The notes under the pieces are model-generated. The model ran no database searches. It had not been told where the DNA came from and saw only the letters and a program-made list of their open reading frames with translations. A stretch of DNA of 64,000 nucleotides, from NCBI GenBank assembly GCA_013239625.1, contig MU053823.1, forward strand, positions 271,698-335,697, given 5' to 3'. This stretch comes from Lama guanicoe. Lineage: Eukaryota. Below are positions 1-10,545 of this stretch, piece by piece. How positions within the stretch are numbered: the stretch's first letter is position 1; each line of letters begins with the position of its first letter. Both the position numbers and the translations under genes were made by a program.

Positions 1-770
1 TAGCCAAAATGCCTGATCCAGAAGTCCAGTCCGGTGGAAAGGGAAACTGAAATTGACCTCCTATGCCACCAGGGTTCCAGAAAAGGGAAGCCTGTTTATG
101 TTGTAGTGGGATCTCCCTGATGGCTTTCTTTTCCCACTTGTAGTAAAAGCTGGCAAAGCTTTTCTGACTCCTCAGATACTTCCCTCTACCAAAATTTCTA
201 AATATGTTGCACTTTCCCTTCGCAGGCATGTCATTTTGACTTTTCCCCCCCAGTCTCCTGGAAAGGGAATGGAAGCAGAAGTGGGGCACCGAGGGCTCTG
301 CCACCTTCTGCTCCGGGTGTGGATGCTGCCGCACCTGCCCCCTTCTGGCTCAGGGAAGTGTTTTCTTGCCCACATCCTTTCAGTAGGGAGAGGTTCTTAT
401 CCTCTGATGCCTCCACCTTGCTGTTAAGTAAGGCCATGTGCCCAGAAACCTGGCCTGATCTTTCTGTGATAGTGACCTTGGGCCACTGGAGAGTAACGTG
501 GCTCCACTGGGCACGAGAGGCTGGGCTCAACAGGCAGGGGCCTTTCTAGCCTTTAGAGAAGAAAATGAAGTTATTTCCTCTTTAGACTTTTAAATCCTAT
601 TGGAATGATTTTTTTTCTTTCTAAACAGGGAAATAATGTTATAAAAGCATCTTTTTCATTATTTGTTTGCCTCCCTTCCCCACACCCTGGTGTTTTAAAA
701 ATGCAAAAAAGATACACTTTTTGTACAAAAACACTTAAAAGATTAAAAAAAAAATGTTGGCCTACTCATT
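1..770 (+). other. M6PR: Probable distal 3' UTR of M6PR (cation-dependent mannose-6-phosphate receptor), convergent with PHC1
   Basis: No coding exon seen. Plus-strand UGUA (722-725), ATTAAA (742-747) and downstream GU-rich TTTGTGTG (769-776) form a poly(A) signal. Gene identity is inferred from mammalian synteny A2ML1-PHC1-><-M6PR. Confidence 0.55.
742..747 (+). terminator. Candidate poly(A) signal ATTAAA (M6PR)
   Basis: ATTAAA with upstream TGTA and downstream GT-rich element. Confidence 0.5.
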
Positions 771-861
771 TGTGTGAAAGAAGAGGGTAGATACGCTGGA
801 ATGATGGAGTAAGACAGCCAAGACCAATTTTCATCCTTTTACTGAGGAGGGAAAAAAAATA

Positions 862-867
862 TTTAAT
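862..867 (-). terminator. Candidate proximal poly(A) signal ATTAAA of PHC1
   Basis: TTTAAT on + = ATTAAA on -, ~790 nt after the PHC1 stop, followed on - by GU-rich TTGGTCTTGGCTGTCTT. Confidence 0.5.
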
Positions 868-1657
868 ATTTTTTGTTGTATAAGGAATAGCGCCTAAGGC
901 AGGTACTTCTACACCTGACCTCAGCCCCACGCGCTCCTGCTTTATAAAGCTATAGGACAGAGCAGAGTAGGAATGGGAAAGGGAGGGCAGAAGACAACAG
1001 GCAAACTGGAAGGGAGCAGGGATGCAGAAAGGACGGCAACCGCCACGTGTGTGCCAAACAGTCCCTGCAGCTAATCAGCGTGGTGCCAGCCAAGTCTCTG
1101 CCCTGGCTGTTGGCCCTGCCACGGACGCAGGAGAGAACGTTCAGTACTAAGGGAGGGACAGCACAACTCGGCCACGGCTACAGTCGGACAATCCAGAGGG
1201 AAGGGGGCACCGGATTCTGCTACTTGTGTCACACAAGCTGGAAAAACCCTGCCTCCCGCGCGGCTGAGGCACACCTACGTCCCATCCACCTCCTGGCCCC
1301 GGCACTGAACACTCCTCCTCCTGGAGGACCGAGACCCTGGCTAGACACCCCACTCTGGGATAAGGCTGAGCAGTCCTAGTCCTCCAGACTGCCTCTTTTG
1401 TAAAGACTGAATTGGGGGAGGTGAGAATGGTACAGATTTTAAAAAACAAAGTAGAACCCAGAGAAATGTCAGAGCTGCCGCCATGTAGCACCGGCGACCA
1501 AGCCTCGCACTGTTCTTCCCCGTCTCAGTAATCCACTCTACGGAAGGGTTACATAATTGGAACAGCTCTTTCTTCCCTGTGAAGTCTGCTGGCACCAGGT
1601 CATAACCTGGACAGTGGGGAGTGTCTGCCTTGGGCTGGTTTGTGCAAGAGGGCCACC

Positions 1658-1812
1658 TTAGGTCTCCTTGAGGACATTTATCTTGGCGCAGATCTTGAGG
1701 GCCGGGCCCAGCTTGATGTTCATGGCACTCATGAGATGTTCCTCTTTAAGTAATAAGAGGGCCTGTCCGTCAATCTCCTGGGAACGAAACTCCTCTGCGA
1801 TCTCTTGGCAGC
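1658..1812 (-). CDS. PHC1: PHC1 exon 15, coding part (SAM C-terminal half, TAA stop)
   Basis: ctag| acceptor; (G)CQEIAEEFRSQEIDGQALLLLKEEHLMSAMNIKLGPALKICAKINVLKET*. Confidence 0.97.
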
Positions 1813-4800
1813 CTAGGAGGAAACGGTGGGAATTAGTACGAGGAGCTACATGGTAGCACCAGAGTGCCTGTCCTAAATCCAGCAGTGCAGTGGCCTGAGA
1901 TGGCAGGCTCCGGGAGCAAACTGAAATCAGAGAGAACAACAGGAAAAAAAGCTGAGATAAAGGGAGAACAACTAAGTTGTTCAACCAGGGGAATAAATTA
2001 AGATATCTTGAGGGGAGAAAGGGAGGGAGCAAAATATATACATTTTCTTTGATGCTGGTAAGAAAATCAAAGTTAAGAGCCTTTGTTACATTTTAAGGGG
2101 CCAGAATTCTGACAAAATAGCAAGGAAAGTGGGGTGGTTTTCTGAAGAAAACCATCTCTGTTAAGAACAGTTTATAAACAATCCTGCCTTGAAGAGAGCA
2201 GGGCAACAGCGGCCCAGGATGTCCTAACTCCCTTCTCCCCTGAACAAAAGTCTTTTATCCATGCCGGAGAGCCCAATGAGTCACACAGTAAAAACACGCT
2301 TTACCTAAAAACTACTGGTAAGAATTGTAAGAGACGAAAATCCAGTGTTGCAAAATTGCTGACACAGCAGAGGACAGTCAACCCAGAAAACCTGCGAGCC
2401 CAGGCTGTGGACCAGTCACGTGAATAAATGCCAAGAGTAGCGCCTTCATCATACCCTACTTAAGCCTCTACCTCTTAAGTCCATCAGGTTCCTGTTACAA
2501 AGGCCCTAAGGGACGACCTAAAGGAAACTGCAGGAAAACTAAGCACGCAGGTGACCTGGGTTCCACTGGGGAGGCCCAGATACCTTGCAGGGAAGCGATG
2601 AACTCATACACCTCCTCCACGCTCCAGCGGCTCGGGTTACTGGACAGGAACACAGGGTTGATGCCGTGCAATTCTGGCGTGGGCGGAGCTGTACTGGGGT
2701 TCCCCAGGTCACGCTCTCCATGGCCCGCTCTCACGGATAAAGGCCCGGGAGATGTTGGAGAGAGTGCTTCATCATAACTGGAATTATCTGAACCCCGGCT
2801 GGAGTCCTCTTGACCCTACAGAATAAAATGCAGAACAGTGAGGTCATGAATGACGGTGCCCTGAGATTTCTTTCCCATCTCCCAGCCACTCTGGATTCAG
2901 GTTAATACGGGGCACAGAGAAAAACTAATCTCAATAATCTGCACTTCACTTGCAAAAGCCCGAAGTCACCAGCCTGCTCTCAAGTGCCTTTCAAGTATGA
3001 ACTGTCACTCTCTTGATCCTCCCTACCTACCAACAACTGACCTAGAGTCCCCACACTCAAACGCAGTGGAAGAACTAACGGATACACGAGCCAGCGATCG
3101 GGTGAGAACAGACAAGAGGGCAGAGTCTTCTGGAATTCAGAGTAATGCGATCAGTGTGGAACCAGAGTTCTGGTCTCATACTTTTTTTACCCAGGCAAAG
3201 GGGTTGCCCTGTAGGAGCAGAGGAAGGGAAAAGGCCCATTTTAAAGGGAGCGGCTCACCCGGTGGCGCTTGCCCTGGATCTTGGCTCGGGCGATGTCGGA
3301 GGAGCTGCGGCGGGGTCCGCGCCGGCGAACACGAGCATAGTTGGCTTCTTGAAACTCTTTCATTTTTTTCCTCTTCAGCCGGAACTGGTGGCTACAGCTC
3401 ACATTGTACCTACAGGGCAGGGTGGAGACAGGATGTCCCAGGTGCTTCCACAGGAGACCACCTGCCACCCTGCACTGAATGCGAACCAGTACTTTAAGGG
3501 CTGACTTGGAGAAAAGAATGAAAGCAGAGAAGGTGACATTAAGTATCAGCCTGGAGGTGGTCCCAGGCAAGGGGGGCAACCCAACATGGAGGAGCCAGCG
3601 CTGGGCTGAGGGCGAGGTGCCTGCAGTACCTCTTGGCGCAAGTCATGGAGCAGAATCTCTTGGAGCCGCGAAACTGCTCTGCAGGGGCGTACTTCCCGCA
3701 GTACTCACACTTCAGGAGGGCCGCCTTCTTGTCGAGCTCTGAAAACAAGGCATCGCCAGAGACTTTCCGTTGGTTTCTGCTGCCATGCAGGCCATCCTTA
3801 GGCCCGAAGCTGGACTCCAATTACTCCCAAGGTTTGCCCCCAAAGACCTGCACAGCCTAACTGGGCATCCCTAAAACAAAGTTCAAGCTCCAGAACCATA
3901 AAGGTTCTGGACCCTCAAGGACACAGCCATTTCCTAACCTGAAGCCAGACAATTTCCACTTTCAATGACTAACATTATCCTAATTCATAATCTAAGATTT
4001 CAGACAAGACTGCATTTCTGAACCAGAGAGAGGAACGAATTACTAATGCCTGGAAAGATAAAAGATCCCTCTCCCACAGAAGTTTCCAAAAGGCGGGGGG
4101 AATGTAAACAAGACTCCTTAACATGTATGACATAATCTACAGTACAGAGAAATGAAAATTAAGAAATAGCCTACTTTAAGATCCTCTTTTGAAAAAATAT
4201 ATCCTTCTAGTAAATAATTCAACAGATTGCTTTAGCTTGATAAAACCCCCCTAATCCTATGGAGCAACTTTTGTGTGATTCTACACATCCCGACAATATG
4301 GATTTCCGTGTGTGGAGGGACTTCACATAATTCCCACTTGAAATAGGTAATTCCTATGTTACACTAAGATCTCCATCAGCCTCCTTCGCCAGATGGGTCT
4401 CTAAATAAATACTCACCAGCAGACGGGCTGTCCCCCCCTAAGGGGCCACCTGCCTGATTCTCGTTCAGCCCTGTGGTGAGGCCAGTCTGCAGTGGCTTCT
4501 CCGACTCCTTCAATAACTGAGAACAACCCACCTGTCCCAGAAAAAGTTCACAGTTAAGTAGCCTAATTCCTTTCTGCTTCCCTACGGCTTTCCCCAGCAC
4601 TCCTAACCGCCTTGTCTTTGCCCGGATCTCTGAGCTGGTGGCCAAGTCTGATGGGAGAGAACCAGTTCCAGTATGGCGATCTAGAATCTGTAACTGGCTT
4701 TTTTCACCGGAGAACAGGTTCCTACCTGGCTCTGTATCTTGTCCTTCTCCTCCCTAAGGTGCAGGGAACACTAGGAGTCGACATGCCTGTGTTCTAGTCC

Positions 4801-7800
4801 TGGTTCTGCAATTCTCGGCACCCAGGAAAGTCCCTTCTCTTCTCTCCCACAGTTTTCTTCACTATAAAACAACCTAGTTTGTCTGACTGAACATGACAGC
4901 TCAAAGGTCACTTTCTTCCTTTTCCTCTCCTCTTCCCAACGTTTTCATTTTCTGGTCTACATATTCTTTCCTTTTCTCTACCTTCCTTCTTCACAATTAA
5001 CCATACAAACAACAGGACTGAACCATTCTCTAATAATTAAATAGTTCTGAGTCTTCTGATTTTAATGGAGTTTGAAAAGACAACAGTCAGACCAAGTCCC
5101 CACTTGAAAGCGCCCCCTTCTGGCCCTGCCCTCACCGGGAAAGGTTCTGCTCCTTCCTGGATAACGAAGCCTTCGATGATGTGGGTGAGAATCTGCGGCT
5201 TCACAATGGCCTGTGGGGGTTTCGAGTCACCCATCTGCCTGGACACCATGGCCAGTGTTGGAGGGGGTGCTGCTGGGGCAGGAGCCAAGGCCACCACATC
5301 GCTGCTTGGGGTATTGGCAGTCACGCTGGTCACTGGGTCAGCTTTCTCTGGAACACAAACACAGACTGAGGAACAGATATGGGATGACCTCACTGAGCCA
5401 TCTATGAGCCAAGCCCGCCTGATCGTCCGCAGTGATACATGTTCCCCTTTGATCATTCACCCTGTAGTCCCTGTGACTGGACCTACTCATGTGCCCACCA
5501 AGTTCTACTGACTCAGATTTCTCCTTTAGCTCATTCAGAACTTCTCACTGCTGAGCACTCCAACAGCACTGCAGAGGGCAGCTACCTCCGAGACCGCTCT
5601 TCTCTTCCATGGCCTTCGGGCTCTCAACTACTGGAGACGTCTTCGCAGGAAGCATTGAGCTCAACGTGGAGACATCGTCTCTTTCCTCCTCAGACTCAGC
5701 CTTGCGTTTTACAGCCAATGTCTGGGGTTTGCCCTATAAAATGAAGAACAGGAAGAAAAGATTTATGAGTGAAGGATTACAAGGAAAAACAATTACTCCC
5801 ATACTGTCAGAGAAAATTTTCTTAGTTTTGGGTTCCCCAATTTATGTATTTCCCACGGTATACTAAAATTTCTGGTCATTCCCAAGAAGTGTAACTTCTA
5901 CATCAGGATCAAAAAAAACACATGATTTAGTCTTGACCTAGACCTGGAGACTGGTTTCATCATGGCCCAACCAAGAACTGTCGTTTTTATAAAGATGGAT
6001 TTTGGTGGTTAAGGCTATCTTGATTAACTCAGTACAAATCCTAAAACATAGAATTTCAGTAGCAAATTTAGGAGTATGAAATTCTATTATATACATCAAT
6101 CTCTCTCTCTTACAACAGGAACAAATGCATGCCAGGATCTTAACCTTCCATCAAGATCTGACTTCCTCTTACAACAAAGCAGATAAATACCAGTACCTTA
6201 ACCTTCTCAACTCTTTATCCCCTTCCTAAATTAAGCTCTATTTCCACCCAGCCCCAGGTCCACTCAAGGGTGACAGTGCCCTCAAAAGCATCAGACGTCA
6301 CTCACCGGCAGGTGCACAGACTGCATGTAGAAGGCGGCAGGGACCTGGGCTACAACAGGGGAGGAGGTGGTCGCCCCACCCTTGACCACATGTGCTGTCC
6401 CCTGCACGGGGGCAAGGGTCATCCCAGAGGCCAGCGTGGGAGGGCACTCCTGCAGCGCACCAGGAGCCTGGGATGATGGTGGCGAGGAGGCCAAATGGGC
6501 CTGACCAGGCTGCATGGTACCCGGCACCCCCCGGGAAGTGGGTACGGCAGCTGCCAGCTGTGCCAGCCCCAGAGCCTGGGCCTGCGCTGTGCCCGGCTGT
6601 CGGGTGCCCACAACTTGCACAGGGATATGGGGTGGGGGCTGCTGGGCCGCTGACATCTTCGCAGCCCCTAACTGAGGAGGCTTGATCGGGGCTACAGATG
6701 GTTTGGACTGGATGGGGATGGGTGGCTTGGGGGTTGGGTCGGGTGGGAGAGGCAAGGGCGAGGACTGAAGCATGAGGGCAGAGAGGGCTGCGGGCGGCGG
6801 CGGCGGAGGCGGCGGCTGCTGCTGCTGCTGGGCCAGCTGCAGGTGCGTGGCGGTGTGCAGGAGCTGCGACTGGCGGTGCTGGAACTGCTGCTGGTGGTGG
6901 ATGGCGATCTGCTGCTGGATGACCACCTGCTTCTGCTGGAGGTGGATCTGCTGCTGCTGCTGAATCAGGGAATGGGGCTGGATCTGCGTGTAGGTGGCTT
7001 CAGGAGCAAGCCCACAGCGGAACAAAGAGGAAGACGAGCAGAAAATAATCGTCCTTTTAAATTAAAAGTAAAAACATCTTTCCAAAGGGTACCTAGTTCT
7101 GGACTGAAAGAGCAGACAGAAAGCGAACCTGGGAGGACCTCGTTCACTCTTTCCTTCCAGTCAGACGTCACCAGCTACCTCCAGTCTCAAAGACTCCAGG
7201 GAGGGAGCTTCCTTGCTCAATCATTTAACAGCCCTCAGTAACCTCTTCCACTTACCTAATTTTTATTCTCTTTGCTGTACTTAAATCCTGTTACCTTGCA
7301 CTCAGCAAGGACAACAGCGGGCCCGTCCTCTCCAAGCTTAGACTCAGCTCCTCAAGCACTGAGTCCATGCCTTACTTATTTCTACATCCTGAGAACCCAG
7401 CCCAGGGTCTGGCACGTGAGAAACACATAACAGCCACTGAAAGAATAAATGTCCCCAGAGATAAAGATGCCAACATCTTCCCACGAACACCCGGTCTCCG
7501 GGATCCATCGGTTTCAGTCACCACCCAAAAGTCTTAAGAGTCAGCAGCCGGAGGCTCAGACTCTCCCTAGTTCCCTCCTCTGTAAGCTGGAGCCGTGTCC
7601 TGCCGTGTCCAGAGGATGCACGTGAGACGAAAGCGCGCGGGCAGCAGCGCGCCGCGGAGTGCGCGCACGAGGTACGCGCGGCACAGCTGGTAATTAGCGC
7701 TTACGTTTCGCGCGGACGTTGTTCAAACAGCGACAAATAAAGCACCGGAAGCAAGGAAGGCAAACACACGCGTACCAAGTAAGGCACTCATCCCTAGCTA

Positions 7801-10504
7801 CCCACAGCCCGAAGGCAAGGACTAACTCTTGCAGGTCATGATCATTATTACTGTTATTTATTCTTTTTTTTTTAATCCTTATCGTCGATACAGATGATCA
7901 CAAGTTGACTGTATCAAACTGTGGCTCGATTTGCTGGTCCTAAGTGCTCTTACACAGACTGTGCCCTCCGCTGGGCCAACAGACCAGCATCAAACAGAGA
8001 GTGAGGAGAGAATTCATCCCTTATGCTTAAATCACAGGGAGTCTGTATCCCTAGCACTTCCTGGAACACAGTAGGCAATTCAAAAAGAGCTGAGTGAATG
8101 AAAGGGTAGAGTGAAGAAACTCAAGAACTCAGGACCTGAGAGAGAGAAGACAAGGCCACATGCCAACTGACGGCTGCCCAGGGCACACAGACAAGGCCCA
8201 TCTCTGTGACCTGCCCCCTGTCTCTCTGGACGAGTAAGATCAAGGCCGATGTGATTCTCTTCCCTTTCACTGCTCCACAACCAAGACACGCAGGGAAAAA
8301 GGCAAAGATGTGTACTCTGAAGATTTCACACAAGCTCCAAGAGAGCAGTGACATTCGGAGAGGTGACAGCTTACCTGAGCTAATAAGGGTCTGGCTGGGA
8401 GCAGGTGTGGCTGTCCGTGTCAGGTTCATGCCCACGTTCTGCTGACCAGTCCCATCCGCTTCTGCCTTCTTGGCCGCTGCACTTTCGGCTTCTGTCTGGC
8501 TGCCCTGACTCACGGTCGCTGTCTGGGCTGCAGGCAAGGGCTGCACCACTCCTGTGCCCTTCCTGGGACAGCTCCCACTACCACCCATCCCTGTGGAAGG
8601 CAGCTGGCCCAAGCCCCCAGGCGCCTGGCCACCTCCACCTGGACCCATGGACCCTGGGATGCTACTCCCACTGCCTCCACCAGATTGACTAAGGTTGAGG
8701 GACTGGCCGGAGGCCCCAGAGGAGGCCTGAGCCACAGCTAGGGCCTGGCTTGAGGCCTGGGAGAGGCTAGAGACAGGGGAGGCTCCAGGAGGAATGGCCT
8801 TCTGAGCAGAGCCTTGCATTTGGGGTCCTTGGGCTGAGGCCTGTTGGCTCCTGACAGCCAAGTTCTGCACCTGGAAGACAAGAAGAAAAAGGCAGACTGA
8901 GAAAGGGGGAACAAGGGGCACTAAGGTCAAAGATTTCTGGGGGGAAAGGGGGTGGGAAGGGCTAAATTTGGGAGTTTGAGATATGCAAATGTTAACCACT
9001 ATATATAAAAATAGATACAATAAAGTTTTTAATATGTTTTGTTTAAAAAATAGATAAAAAACAAATTTCTTCTGTATAGCACAGGGAACTATATTCAATA
9101 TCTTAACATTTAATGAAAAAGAATGTGAAAAGAAATATTTTTGTGTGTGTGTGTGCATATATATATATATATGCATGACTGGGACATTGTGCTGTACACC
9201 AGAAATTGACACACTGTAACTGACTGTACTTTAGTTTAAAAAAATATTTCTGGGACTGCTCCAGAAGTAGTGGTGACAGCTTCAGACCCTCCACAGCCCC
9301 CCTCAACTCGTATCCCCACCTTGACAGTCACACGCACTGACGGCCTTGCCAGGGAGGAACTCCTGAGTCACAGTGGATTTTTCGGTCTCCTTCATTCACT
9401 ATCAAATCTATCACCAAGTCTGGTCATTTTATTCCTTCAAAATGTCTCAGAGTTTCTCTTTCCTCCCCTCATTCACTCAGCTTCCACCCAAATACCTGCC
9501 ACGCTCCAGGTACTCCCCTGGATACTGGGAATGCACAGAAGGACGCAAGTCCCCGCTTTGAACGAGTACTTTCTACTAGAGAACAAGACACGGAAACCAA
9601 TGACCAAGTAACCCTACGCACAGACGTGCGCACACTGCTGTGGGAGCACAGAGGAGAAGGATTAACTCAGATGAGGCAGATTAGGGACAACGTCCTAAAA
9701 CAGGCGATGTTTCATCTGAGAACCAACAGGTAATAGTGAAGGCAGAGGTTTGAAGACATAGGAAACAACATTTGCAAGACCACTGAGCATAGCATTTTTG
9801 GAAATTATAAATATTTCGTTATACCTGGGATGAGTTAGAGGCAGTGGCAAGAAATGGAGCTAGGAAGGTAGGCTGAGGCTAGGGAGGTTGGAAGAGGCCA
9901 GATCTTGAAGGGCCCAGTGCGTGAAAATAAGGAGAGACTGAACTTTGGTTTGGAATCCGAAAGTTTAGCCGTCCTGTTCGCTGTTACATTCTCAGCAGCT
10001 AGCACAGTGCCTGCCACACAGGAAGTGCTCGTAAGTATGGATGGAGAGAAGGCATGGGGGCACCTGGCTGAGTACAGGAAGCCACTGAAGAAGGTTAATC
10101 AGAATCATCAACACTCAAATCAATAGCTGAATGCACTCTCTTAAATACCACTGCTGGAAGTGTGAATGAGCATCACCACTCTGGAAGAGAGTTTGGCATC
10201 ATAAAAGTTGAACATTCGCACGCGCTCTAACCCAGGAATCCCCGAGAGGCGCTCTCGCTGTGCACAAGGGGAGGCGTGCGTAAGGATGATCACAGCGCCG
10301 CTACCCATAGTGGCGAAGGCCTGGAAACAACCCAGCTGGCCGTTACCCGGAGAGAAGATGAATGAACTGCAGTGCATTCACACGATGGGATATTACGTAC
10401 AGGTCAAAAATGAATAAAGTACAATGACATGCAACAATACAAATGGATATTGACAATAAGCTACTAAGGAAGCATTCCCCAAAACACTACATACACAAGT
10501 ACCT

Positions 10505-10545
<41 letters not shown>

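Noticed and set aside
6772..7241. Plus-strand ORFs rich in C/W/G or L
   Set aside because: Antisense shadows of the CAG/CCG repeats of PHC1 exon 8
8983..8990. Isolated octamer motif ATGCAAAT here (others at 14915-14922 and 22173-22180)
   Set aside because: Single 8-mers without an adjacent Sox site, this one inside an L1; expected by chance in 64 kb
8871..9212. N-terminal extension of the 363-aa ORF 8121..9212
   Set aside because: Upstream of the exon 7 acceptor and derived from the antisense L1 fragment; not PHC1 coding
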